In this document: piece by piece, positions 48,353-56,983 of the stretch
Position numbering within the stretch: position 1 is the stretch's first letter
How the letters are laid out: each line of letters opens with the position of its first letter
Source of the DNA: Candidatus Thermofontivivens primus
Lineage (GTDB): Bacteria; Sysuimicrobiota; Sysuimicrobiia; Sysuimicrobiales; Thermofontiviventaceae
Direction of reading: 5' to 3'
Assembly: GCA_031458695.1 (NCBI GenBank)
Contig: JAVKJW010000007.1
Location: 28,219 to 92,218, forward strand
DNA length: 64,000 nucleotides
Notes under the pieces: generated by a model
Told to the model about the DNA's origin: nothing
Databases searched by the model: none
The model's input: the letters and a program-made list of their open reading frames with translations, nothing else
Made by a program: the position numbers and the translations under genes

Positions 48353-49272
48353 GGGTGGTTCCCTCCTGTGGCTGCAGGTTCAGACTCGGCAGGCGGAGCG
48401 GGGTAAATGCGCTTTCTCGGTGGGAGGTAGTAGACGCGCGGCTCCGTGCCCAACTCCTCCATGAACCGGTAGCCAGCGTTGTTGCTGACCAGCTCAGAGA
48501 AACGCACCGTCTCTCCCTGGGAGTTGGTCACGGCGTCCTCAACCTGATCCCCAAAATAGATCGCCCCCATGGGGCAAGCCTGGACACAAGCGGGGAGCTT
48601 GCCCTCCTTGACGAGCCCCGGGCAGAAGATGCACTTCTCGGTAACCCCCTTGACGTGCGGGTAATTCCAATCGGTGGAGTACGGGCGGCTCAGCTCCTCA
48701 GGGGTATGCGGCGGCTCCACCCAGTTGAAGTACCGTGCCGAGTACGGGCAGGCAGCTATGCAAAAGCGGCAGCCGATGCAGCGGGAGGTATCCTGGATCA
48801 CGATCCCGTCCTCGCGCTTCCAGGTGGCGCTCACCGGGCAGACCTTGACGCACGGGGGATTGTCGCACTGCATGCACGGCCTGGGGAACCAGTAGGGTGC
48901 CGCCGCCGGGTTGTCCTGCATCTTGTAGACCTTGATCCATTCCTGCCCGGGCGGAACGAAGTGCATCGCAGTGCAGGCCTCGGTGCAAGCCCGGCATCCA
49001 TCGCACCGGCTTAGATCGATGACCATCACCCAGCGGCGCTGGGAGGTCTCCAAGGCAGGCTGGGCCGGCAGAGGAGCTGCGGAGGCTAGGGCGACGCCAT
49101 CCGGCCCATCGGGCAGGTGATCAAGATGGATAAGACGCCCTGGAGAGGAGGCGTCTGCCACCAGCGCAGGAACCCCCTTCCGGCGGATCAGGCGATTGAG
49201 GCCCGCGGGGAGGCTCGCTGTCCCGCCGAGCACGGCAATCCACTTGAGGAAAGCTCTCCGCGAGAGTCTCAT
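48349..49272 (-). CDS. Tat-exported 4x[4Fe-4S] ferredoxin-type subunit (NrfC/HybA/PsrB-like)
   Basis: Twin-arginine signal (MRLSRRAFLKWIAVLGG) and four Cys4 clusters (CDGCRACTEAC, CMQCDNPPCVKVCP, CIGCRFCIAACP, CIFCPG..CVQACP). Confidence 0.8.
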   Translation of the reverse strand: MRLSRRAFLKWIAVLGGTASLPAGLNRLIRRKGVPALVADASSPGRLIHLDHLPDGPDGVALASAAPLPAQPALETSQRRWVMVIDLSRCDGCRACTEACTAMHFVPPGQEWIKVYKMQDNPAAAPYWFPRPCMQCDNPPCVKVCPVSATWKREDGIVIQDTSRCIGCRFCIAACPYSARYFNWVEPPHTPEELSRPYSTDWNYPHVKGVTEKCIFCPGLVKEGKLPACVQACPMGAIYFGDQVEDAVTNSQGETVRFSELVSNNAGYRFMEELGTEPRVYYLPPRKRIYPAPPAESEPAATGGNHP

Positions 49273-49282
49273 CGTGGCCCCC

Positions 49283-49726
49283 TCAAGGAGTCCCCAGCAC
49301 AATGAGTTGACCCTTCTGGCCGGCGTGATCCGGGGCACATCCAACTTTGGTACACGCGAACATGTAAATCCCCGGCCTTCTTGCCACGAACCGCACCGTT
49401 ACGGTCTGGCCTGGCGGGATCTCCTGGATCGAGACGTTGGCCTCGGGGAGGACAAACCCATGAGCACCCTCGGGGTCGGCGTTGGTAATCTTAAGGATCA
49501 CTGTGTCGCCAGCGTTGGCCACAATGGTCCCAGGGACCCACTTGCGGAGCTGCACCGCCTCCTCTGCCCCGAGCGGAACGAGAACCACGTTGAACTCCCT
49601 TTCCTGGGGGACTACAGGCCGGGAGGCGGACAGCGGGAGGGTATACGCCTGCCAGACTAAGTACCCCACGGTCAGGCTTCCCAGTACCACGAAGAAAACG
49701 ATCAACAGCCACCCACGCCCATTCAT
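49283..49726 (-). CDS. Membrane-anchored cupredoxin-like protein, CuA-motif variant (C-x4-C-x3-H-x2-Q)
   Basis: N-terminal TM anchor (GWLLIVFFVVLGSLTVGYLV) and a cupredoxin fold, with upstream His (GAHGF) and FACTKVGCAPDHAGQ. GGAGGG lies 7 nt before the ATG at 49726. Confidence 0.55.
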   Translation of the reverse strand: MNGRGWLLIVFFVVLGSLTVGYLVWQAYTLPLSASRPVVPQEREFNVVLVPLGAEEAVQLRKWVPGTIVANAGDTVILKITNADPEGAHGFVLPEANVSIQEIPPGQTVTVRFVARRPGIYMFACTKVGCAPDHAGQKGQLIVLGTP

Positions 49727-49759
49727 CTGTGCACCCTCCAATGGATGTTCATCCCCTGT

Positions 49760-50302
49760 TCATGGGGTCATCGCCCTCGATTGTTCTTCCCGGATGGCCT
49801 GAAGGAGAAGGTTCACCAGAAGGCCGTCTCGAACGGCATACTCCCTGGCGATCCTCACCAACCGACGGTCCAACGAAGAAGTCGTCTCATCCTTGCGCTC
49901 AAGGAGGGATCGGAGGTATCCCAGGGTTTTGTGCTGTTCCCATAACCATGCCTCCACGCCCTCCATCTCCGCGGTCTTCCATGCCAGGGCTTCCTGGTGA
50001 CACAAGAAGGCCATCCTTTCCACTACCCGGATGAGATCGCGTTTATCGCGTTTATTGCGTTCATTGCGTTTGTTGCGTTCATTGGGTTCATCGGGTTGAT
50101 CGAGTTTGAGCTGGAGCTGCCGGAGATCTTCTGTGAGATCTGTCAACTCCAGCCACTCCAAAACGTCCCGTAACGCTTGAAATCCGTATTTTTTGAAGTG
50201 CTCTAAGACCATCTCCCGGGTAGGATCTCCAATCAGCTCGGCCAGAACCGTATACGCCTGTGCACGTCGAAATGCCACGGTTCGGGTGTATGGGACGCTC
50301 AT
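49760..50302 (-). CDS. Hypothetical all-helical protein with in-frame (NERNKR)n charged repeat; possibly a TorD-like redox-enzyme chaperone
   Basis: About 180 aa, no Cys/His metal motifs. ATGA-coupled to the upstream cupredoxin gene. Chaperone assignment is speculative. Confidence 0.3.
   Translation of the reverse strand: MSVPYTRTVAFRRAQAYTVLAELIGDPTREMVLEHFKKYGFQALRDVLEWLELTDLTEDLRQLQLKLDQPDEPNERNKRNERNKRDKRDLIRVVERMAFLCHQEALAWKTAEMEGVEAWLWEQHKTLGYLRSLLERKDETTSSLDRRLVRIAREYAVRDGLLVNLLLQAIREEQSRAMTP
50037..50095 (-). repeat. Tandem 18-nt/9-nt in-frame repeat (AATGAACGCAA(C/T)AAACGC x2 plus GATAAACGC) encoding NERNKR-NERNKR-DKR
   Basis: Directly visible as CGTTTATTGCGTTCATTGCGTTTGTTGCGTTCATT on the plus strand. 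Confidence 0.6.
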
Positions 50303-50757
50303 GGTCGGTCCACAGAACCCCGGGGAGCGACGACCAACCATCCCGCCATCTTGCGTGCCGAGGGGGTCGAACGATCATGATCGCAAGGGATTGGGCAATA
50401 AAAAGGGAAACGTCCGGCACGCGTGGCCAGGAACTCTGTGGTCCTTTCTTCTCCCTCTGGGACGATCAGCGTGATCCCATAGTCAGGGATAGTGAACCCG
50501 TGGGTTCCTTCGACTGCCTGAAGACGCAGGCGAACCCGCTGCCCCACGACCGCATGGATCACCTCAGGCCTCCACTTCCCATCTCCGGCGATCAAGGAAA
50601 TGCCAGAAGCAGGGGAGATTTCCCCCCACCCGAGGAACCTCGCCAAAACGACCAGCGCCGGAAGGCCGACGACCACGGCCAGGACAAGGATCCACGCCAC
50701 CGCTTCACTGCGCCGCCGGTCCCGCCAGGTCTCCATTAGACTGTAGAAAGCGGCCAT
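50299..50757 (-). CDS. Membrane-anchored cupredoxin-like protein, degenerate CuA-like motif (C-x3-C-x-H ... M)
   Basis: TM anchor (AVAWILVLAVVVGLPALVVLARF), upstream His (GTHGF) and FYCPIPCDHD...KMAG. RBS GGAGGAGGG. Confidence 0.5.
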   Translation of the reverse strand: MAAFYSLMETWRDRRRSEAVAWILVLAVVVGLPALVVLARFLGWGEISPASGISLIAGDGKWRPEVIHAVVGQRVRLRLQAVEGTHGFTIPDYGITLIVPEGEERTTEFLATRAGRFPFYCPIPCDHDRSTPSARKMAGWLVVAPRGSVDRP

Positions 50758-51048
50758 CCCTCCTCCCCCTCCAGCCTTATCCCTTCAGTCGCTCCGGCAT
50801 GGCGAATATGCCTCATCGTTTCTGGCTTGCTCTTTCCTCCACGATCGTGGCACATTCTCCCTAACGAGGGAATTCGTAAAAGGGGGGATTTTGCGGTACC
50901 GCGAGATGCGGAGAAGGGAGTTACCGGATCCCGACATGAAGACTACTGAGAGACACGGAGGGGATGTGGAGGGGTACGAAGGCGCGCTACGATACGATGT
51001 GGGGGGGCACGGCGGCGCCGTGCCCCCCCACAGGCGGGGACGCTGATG

Positions 51049-51708
51049 TTATGGCTTGATGAGGCCCTTGCGGATGGCGTACCGGACGAGGTCAGCAGAG
51101 GTGTGGAGGCCGAGCTTCTCCATAATGTTTTTGCGGTGGGTCTCCACGGTGCGCACGCTCAAATACAACCGCTGGGCGATCTCCTGGTTGGTCAACCCTT
51201 CGGCGATGAGCCGCAATACCTCCTGTTCACGTTCCGTTAGCCCATCCTCCTCTCCTGCAGGCACCCGCCGCCGGTATTCCTCGAGAAGGGCTTTGGCCAC
51301 CGAGGGATAGAGGTAGGATTCATCTTTATAGACCGAGCGGATCGCCTGCACCAGCTCGCTGGCCGCTGCTCGCTTCACCACGTATCCCGAGGCCCCAAAA
51401 CCCAGCATGGGAAGGACATATTCCTTGTGGTCGTGCATGGTCAGGGCTAAGATGCGCACCTCGGGATGCGCGGCCTTGATCCTCCGTGTTGCTTCCAGAC
51501 CGCCAATGCCGGGCATGGCGATATCCATGATCACGACATCCGGACGTACCTCCTCCACCAGGGCAAGGGCCTGTTCCCCGTCTTCCGCCTCCCCGACCAC
51601 TTCGATGTCCGGTTGCGCCTCCAGGATCATCCTGATCCCTTCTCGGAACAGCGCATGGTCGTCCACGATGAGGATACGGATTGCGCGCTCAGACTGCGAC
51701 GCGAGCAT
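51049..51708 (-). CDS. Response regulator, NarL/FixJ (LuxR-type HTH) family
   Basis: REC domain (ILIVDDHALFREG...DVVIMDIAMPG) plus a LuxR HTH (LTEREQEVLRLIAEGLTNQEIAQRLYLSVRTVETHRKNIMEKLG). Confidence 0.85.
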   Translation of the reverse strand: MLASQSERAIRILIVDDHALFREGIRMILEAQPDIEVVGEAEDGEQALALVEEVRPDVVIMDIAMPGIGGLEATRRIKAAHPEVRILALTMHDHKEYVLPMLGFGASGYVVKRAAASELVQAIRSVYKDESYLYPSVAKALLEEYRRRVPAGEEDGLTEREQEVLRLIAEGLTNQEIAQRLYLSVRTVETHRKNIMEKLGLHTSADLVRYAIRKGLIKP

Positions 51709-53200
51709 CGGTCTCGACCTCCGCAGGAACAGGAATCTCCACGTACAGCCTGGTCCCACCCCCCGGCCTGGAGTGGATGTTGAACGTGCCACCCAGGAGG
51801 GTTGCCCGTTCCCTGATCCCAACAAGGCCCATCCCCCTCCGGGAGGCCCCTGGCCCTAGAACCTCAGCCAGCTCAAACCCTCTTCCATTGTCCTCGACGA
51901 AGATCACCAGGAGGGTCCCATCGAAGTCCAGGAGCACCCGGACGTGGCTGGCCTGGGCATGTTTGATCACATTGGTGATGGCCTCCTGGACGATCCGAAA
52001 CGTCGCCGTCTCCACCGTGCTGGGGAGCCTGCGTTCTAGGCCGTGCGCATGCAAGTCGTAGGTGATGCCGAGGGGGACGAGGTGGCTCTCCAGATATCCG
52101 GATACCGCTGGCACGAGCCCTAGGTCGTCGAGGACCCTGGGGCGGAGGTCGAAGATGATCTTGTGGATCTCCTCGAGGGTTTGGGTGGCGATCTCCCTGA
52201 GCCTCCGGAGCCGCTCGGCCACCTGGACCTCCTTCTTGGGGAGGGTATTCTCCAGGAACTCCAGGTTGACCACCAAGGTGGCGATGGCCTGGCTGGCTTC
52301 ATCGTGCAGTTCCCGGGCGATGCGCCGGCGCTCCTCCTCCTGAGCGGAGATGACCTTCGCGAGCAGCTCCTGCCGTTCCCGGTGATGCAATTCCAGCTCG
52401 CGGTTGGCCCGGGCCAGATCCCTCGTTCGCTCCGCAACCCTCTGCTCCAGGGTAGCGTAGGAATCCTGCAGGCGTTCGGCCATGCGGTTAAATGCCTCTG
52501 CGAGGCGTCCAACTTCGTCATTGGTGGCCACCTGCAACCGGACACCCAGGTTTCCGGAACCAATCGCCTCGGCCCCCTGTTGTAATTGCGCAATCGGCCT
52601 GGTGATCGCGCGGGTGAGGAGCAGCGCAAAGATCAAGCCCAGCAAAGCTGCAGAAGCGGCGGAAAGGAGGAGTTCGCGCTTAGCCTGGGCTTTGCTCTTC
52701 CTGGCGAGCTCCAACACACCGGCGGCCCGCTCGGCATGGAGCTGGTGGAACTGGTCCATCTGGGAGAAGATGGCATGGGTAGCCAGGGTCGTCTCCTCGC
52801 TCCTCCTTCCCCCCAGGACCCCGAGGTCAGAGGGACGATCCGCCCGCCCCTGAACCGCCTTATTCCAGGAGGCGAGAGCCTCCAGAAGGTCTGTCTCCCT
52901 GGAGTCGAGGCCATCGCGTTGAAGGGAACGTGCCAGGGCTCCGCTCAGGCTGTGGATCTCCCCCATCACAGCGTCCTGGTGCTTTCTCGCAGGTCCCCCC
53001 GAGAGCGAGGGCTCAAGGGCCCGGCTCATGGCCAGTTGGAGTTCCAGGAACAAGTCGTGTTCCTCGAAGATCCTGGCGACCGCATCTACCTGTCTCGCGA
53101 CGGCCTCCAGGCTGCGGATGGAGATGACCGCCACTGAGACCAGCAACCCTACCAGGACCAGGAACGCCGCGATGAGCTTGGTGCCTAAGGAAAGCCTCAT
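51689..53200 (-). CDS. Sensor histidine kinase, NarX-like topology (TM, periplasmic helical sensor, TM, HAMP, HisKA_3, HATPase)
   Basis: Two TM segments flank an about 150-aa helical domain. HAMP (AEAIGSGNLGVRLQVATNDEVGRLAEAFNRMAERL), H-box (ELHDEASQAIATL) and the HATPase G-boxes are present. Confidence 0.85.
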   Translation of the reverse strand: MRLSLGTKLIAAFLVLVGLLVSVAVISIRSLEAVARQVDAVARIFEEHDLFLELQLAMSRALEPSLSGGPARKHQDAVMGEIHSLSGALARSLQRDGLDSRETDLLEALASWNKAVQGRADRPSDLGVLGGRRSEETTLATHAIFSQMDQFHQLHAERAAGVLELARKSKAQAKRELLLSAASAALLGLIFALLLTRAITRPIAQLQQGAEAIGSGNLGVRLQVATNDEVGRLAEAFNRMAERLQDSYATLEQRVAERTRDLARANRELELHHRERQELLAKVISAQEEERRRIARELHDEASQAIATLVVNLEFLENTLPKKEVQVAERLRRLREIATQTLEEIHKIIFDLRPRVLDDLGLVPAVSGYLESHLVPLGITYDLHAHGLERRLPSTVETATFRIVQEAITNVIKHAQASHVRVLLDFDGTLLVIFVEDNGRGFELAEVLGPGASRRGMGLVGIRERATLLGGTFNIHSRPGGGTRLYVEIPVPAEVETDARVAV

Positions 53201-53206
53201 CCCCTT

Positions 53207-53671
53207 CTACTTCACCACCAGGGTCCCCTTCATCCCTCGCTCGTAGTGGTCCGGCAGGAGGCAACCGATCTCAAAGGTCCCCTTCTTCCGGGGGGTGAAC
53301 TTCACCTCCGCCTTCTTCCCCGCTTTTACCTCCACTTCAAAAATCCCCATGCCCTCTACCTCGGCTTCAGAGGTTTCTACCTTCACTTCCAGATCCTTGA
53401 AGTAAGACTGCTCCTCTGCCCACTCGTGGAGCTCGTCCATGTCGATACCCGGCTTTGGAAGCGCGTACACCATGAACTCGTGGGTGACCTTCCCTTTGTT
53501 GACCAGGACGATCTCGGCAGGAACCCCTGCGGTCAATGTGACCTGCTTCGGGCGGAAGTAATACTCACCCATCTCCAGGGTCACTTTCTGGGCCTTCGGT
53601 GCAGCCGACCCTCCTTGCATCAGAGCAAGGGCGATCACCATAGCGATAGCTAGGATGGTTACTTTTCGCAT
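53207..53671 (-). CDS. Secreted type-1 (blue) copper cupredoxin, plastocyanin/auracyanin-like
   Basis: Signal peptide (MRKVTILAIAMVIALALMQGGSAA). T1 Cu ligands H (THEF), C-x4-H-x4-M (GCLLPDHYERGM). Confidence 0.7.
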   Translation of the reverse strand: MRKVTILAIAMVIALALMQGGSAAPKAQKVTLEMGEYYFRPKQVTLTAGVPAEIVLVNKGKVTHEFMVYALPKPGIDMDELHEWAEEQSYFKDLEVKVETSEAEVEGMGIFEVEVKAGKKAEVKFTPRKKGTFEIGCLLPDHYERGMKGTLVVK

Positions 53672-53732
53672 CTCCCTTCCCTCCTTTTTGTTTGGATTTC
53701 TTGCGCAGGCACCGCAGATGCTTTGTCCTCCC

Positions 53733-54140
53733 TTAGGGTTCCACGATCACCTCCCCTTGCATCTCCGTATGCTCTGGGCTGCATATCACTGTGCAATAGA
53801 AAGGAAAGGTCCCGGTCTTTTGAGGGACAAATTCGATGATCTGGTAGCTCCCGGGGGTGATCGGCCCGCTCTTTACCTTTAACCCCCGGATACGCAGCCC
53901 GTGGGTAACGTCGGCGCTTGTCACCTTCAACCGGACCTTCTCCCCCCTCCTCACCACGATCTCTGAGGGGAGCCATCCCCCTGCCTCATGGGTCCTAGCG
54001 ATGATGGTGATCTCTCCAGAGGCAGAAGCCACGGCCGGATAATAGATGAACTGATAGGCCAGGATGACCACAGGTATCCCCACTACCGTGAGGAGGACAA
54101 GAAGGAACGCAGTCCACTCAAGACGCCGCATCCTCATCAC
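53733..54140 (-). CDS. Membrane-anchored CuA-motif cupredoxin (C-x3-C-S-x2-H-x2-M)
   Basis: TM anchor (WTAFLLVLLTVVGIPVVILAY), upstream His (VTHGL) and YCTVICSPEHTEM, a canonical binuclear CuA ligand spacing as in COX II/NosZ. Confidence 0.65.
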   Translation of the reverse strand: MMRMRRLEWTAFLLVLLTVVGIPVVILAYQFIYYPAVASASGEITIIARTHEAGGWLPSEIVVRRGEKVRLKVTSADVTHGLRIRGLKVKSGPITPGSYQIIEFVPQKTGTFPFYCTVICSPEHTEMQGEVIVEP

Positions 54141-54141
54141 C

Positions 54142-55599
54142 TCACCCGAGATAGAGCCACAGGAAGAGCACCGTCACACCTGCCAGGTATGCAGAGAGGG
54201 GGACGAGCGCCCGCCTGGCCTTGGTGGATGGGGAGAAGTTTTGCCTGGCAATGGTATCCCCCACCTTGATGGAGAGAACAAGGCCCAGAAGGAGCGTGGG
54301 AACCTGGATGTAGGGCAACAGGTGCGGTGCATAAGGCGTCCAGGGATACCCTTTAGTCCCGAAGAGGTCCCATCCCCAGCCGAATGGATCAGAGAGGACC
54401 GAGAGCGCATAGGAGATGTTGGGGAGCACGAACGAGAAGCTGAAGGCGATCCATCCCGCGAGCCCTAGGGGAACCAGGGTGTAGGCGTAGTCCACGAACA
54501 GCTTCTTCAGGTCAGGGCGGCTTCCACCGGCGAAGACGCGGGAGAGCCAGGTAAATACAAGGTGAAGGGCTGGGGCCGCGACTAGGATGGATCCCAGGAA
54601 GATCGCAGCATACAGGAGAAGGCCAGAGAACGAGGTGAAGTTGGCCCAATCCTTGATCCTTCCCCAAGGCCCCAGCATGACGATGGAGTACATGATCGCC
54701 GCCCCTAACATGATGAAGGCCTTGTAGGCCTCATCCAGCTTGCGTCCCTTCTCCACTTGGAGGTCCTGAAAGAAGGGACGAGTGCGGATGGTGATGTTCT
54801 CGTAAGGACAGGCCTTGATGCACTCGGTGCACAAGAGACAATAGGTGTTCCGCTCCATGGGCGCTCCGGGGAACTCGAAGTTGGGGCAACCGTACCCTCC
54901 CACGCCCCCGACCCGAAGGCTTGCCTCGGTGCTCCCCCGGAAGCAGGCCTTGAACTGGCACTGCCGGCAGACCTCTGCATCCACCCGCCGCACCTCCACG
55001 GGAGCCGCCATGGAGTAAAGCCCCAGGAACCCTCCCACCGGGCAGAGGTAGCGGCAGAAGGTCCTTCGCTCAAACACCAGGTGGGTGACCGCGGCGATGA
55101 TTACGAGCCCCAGGAGAACGGCTCCAGTGACGATGGGACGGGTGGTGAGGACAGCGCTGGTGAGAGCGATGGATGCGAATCCGAAATTGGCTACCCACAG
55201 GTTCCGCAGCCCCTTGGGCCACTTTCGTGCCAGGCCAAAGGTTTTCGGCTTCCAGAGGATGAACGCCCGGCGCTGCATCCACTCCCCGACGGCGGGGATC
55301 GGACACATGGCACACCAGATCCTCGCCCCGAAGGGCACGAGGACCAGGATCAGCAGGGCCCACCAGACGATCCAGACGAAGATGATGGCGAAGTTCTTGG
55401 CCCCAATCGGGGTCCCCAAGAACCCAGCCATGATCACGATGGTGAAGACGAACAGGTTGGGGAGGATCAGGGCGAACTGCAGCCACCGCTGGCGAACGAG
55501 CCATCGCACAGGACGATATCCCAGGAGGTCTTTGCGCCAGGCAACCTCCTGGGGCGGACGCAGGATAGGACGCGCAATCGCAGTGCTACGCTGTGCCAT
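54142..55599 (-). CDS. NapH/MauN-type membrane polyferredoxin (2 x CxxCP plus 2 x [4Fe-4S] ferredoxin motifs) with extra C-terminal TM domain
   Basis: WCAMCP and FCRYLCP motifs on TM-flanking loops. Ferredoxin clusters CRQCQFKAC and CLLCTECIKACP. About 5 additional C-terminal TM helices. Confidence 0.65.
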   Translation of the reverse strand: MAQRSTAIARPILRPPQEVAWRKDLLGYRPVRWLVRQRWLQFALILPNLFVFTIVIMAGFLGTPIGAKNFAIIFVWIVWWALLILVLVPFGARIWCAMCPIPAVGEWMQRRAFILWKPKTFGLARKWPKGLRNLWVANFGFASIALTSAVLTTRPIVTGAVLLGLVIIAAVTHLVFERRTFCRYLCPVGGFLGLYSMAAPVEVRRVDAEVCRQCQFKACFRGSTEASLRVGGVGGYGCPNFEFPGAPMERNTYCLLCTECIKACPYENITIRTRPFFQDLQVEKGRKLDEAYKAFIMLGAAIMYSIVMLGPWGRIKDWANFTSFSGLLLYAAIFLGSILVAAPALHLVFTWLSRVFAGGSRPDLKKLFVDYAYTLVPLGLAGWIAFSFSFVLPNISYALSVLSDPFGWGWDLFGTKGYPWTPYAPHLLPYIQVPTLLLGLVLSIKVGDTIARQNFSPSTKARRALVPLSAYLAGVTVLFLWLYLG

Positions 55600-56146
55600 C
55601 GGTAGCCTCCTCGCTTCGATCTCGGATTTCCTCTCCACGGCGCCACAGCATCAAGACCGTCCCACCCGCCGCGAGCACGGTCAGGGCGAGCGCTCCCCAC
55701 AGGGTGTAGTTGGGGCCTACAACCACCTCGCCGATCATGAACGGGTGCAGGTTCCCGCAGATCACCGAGCAACGGTACCGGATCTTTCCAGGGCGATTGG
55801 CCACAAAGGAGACCACCGTCTCCTGCCCCGGGTAGACCTTCGCGTTGATGCCGTACCCATCGATGTAGAGACCGTGGACGACATCCTCGCTCGTGACCCG
55901 CAGCGTCACGCGGTCACCCAGCCTTACCCGGATGCGCGGGGGGCTGTAGGCAAACTGCCTGGCGGTGATGGTGAATTCTCGCTCCCGCCCGCCCGCCGGT
56001 CCGGCCGCTTGCGACACATTGCTGACCACAAGGATGTCGAGAAGCAACAGAAAGAAGACAAAGGAGAGAACCAGCGAGAGGCCCGTCAAGAACCTTGCCC
56101 TCCCACCGTGAGATCTTAACCCCATACGCCGTGTGTGTCGGAACAC
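55586..56146 (-). CDS. Membrane-anchored CuA-motif cupredoxin (C-x3-C-G-x2-H-x2-M, identical spacing to COX II)
   Basis: TM anchor (FLTGLSLVLSFVFFLLLLDILVV), upstream His (VVHGL) and RCSVICGNLHPFM. A second hydrophobic helix at the C-terminus. Confidence 0.65.
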   Translation of the reverse strand: MFRHTRRMGLRSHGGRARFLTGLSLVLSFVFFLLLLDILVVSNVSQAAGPAGGREREFTITARQFAYSPPRIRVRLGDRVTLRVTSEDVVHGLYIDGYGINAKVYPGQETVVSFVANRPGKIRYRCSVICGNLHPFMIGEVVVGPNYTLWGALALTVLAAGGTVLMLWRRGEEIRDRSEEATDGTA

Positions 56147-56329
56147 TTCCTCGCCTCCTCACGTTGTGTCGTGAGAGTCGGGCTCAGCCTTGCCCTACGC
56201 TCACGCTACCATGAGGTTCTGGAAGGGCACAACACACGATGGGGTAGGCGTTTTCACAAGTTTGCCCTCTTCCGTTGAGCGGGGGAATGTATAGGGGAAA
56301 ACCGCATCGGGAATCGGGTGGGGACTGTA

Positions 56330-56983
56330 TCAGGAATCAGGTGGACGCAGGAGGCCTTTGCGGGCGGCGTAGGCGACCGCCTCCGCCCTGTTGCGCAGGT
56401 GGAGCTTATCGAGGATGTTCTTCATATGGAACTTGACGGTGTTCTCGCTGATCCCAAGGGAGGTGGCGATCTCCCTGTTCGTTGCACCCCCGGCAACGAG
56501 CTGTAGCACTTCCTTCTCCCGCTCGGTCAGTTCCTCTTCCAGGACCTCTCGGGGCCGCTGACCCCCGTGCGTCCTGGCGAACTCCTCCAAGATCTTGCCG
56601 GCCAGCTCCCGGGAGATGACCGCTTCCCCCCGGGCGGCGCTCGTGAGGAGATCGAAGAACTCCTCGGCCTTCAGGTTCTTCAGGAGGTAACCCTGGGCTC
56701 CGCTTTTGATGGCGTCAAAAAGGTCGCGGTCGTCGTCGGAGACAGTAAGAATCACGATCTTCACCTGGGGGAATTCGGCCTTGATGAGGCGGGTTGCCTC
56801 CAGGCCGCTGCATCGAGGCATCCGGATGTCCATGAGAACGACATCCGGTTGGAGCTGGCGCGTCTTCTCCAGGGCCTCCAGGCCGTCGTTGGCCTCCCCG
56901 ACCACCTCCATCCCCCTCGCCTGGAGGAGGCTTTTGATCCCGTCCCTGAACAAGGGATGGTCGTCGGCAAGCAGGATCCTCAT
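56330..56983 (-). CDS. Response regulator, NarL/FixJ (LuxR-type HTH) family
   Basis: REC (ILLADDHPLFRDG...DVVLMDIRMP) plus LuxR HTH (LTEREKEVLQLVAGGATNREIATSLGISENTVKFHMKNILDKL). ATGA-coupled to the kinase. Confidence 0.85.
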   Translation of the reverse strand: MRILLADDHPLFRDGIKSLLQARGMEVVGEANDGLEALEKTRQLQPDVVLMDIRMPRCSGLEATRLIKAEFPQVKIVILTVSDDDRDLFDAIKSGAQGYLLKNLKAEEFFDLLTSAARGEAVISRELAGKILEEFARTHGGQRPREVLEEELTEREKEVLQLVAGGATNREIATSLGISENTVKFHMKNILDKLHLRNRAEAVAYAARKGLLRPPDS

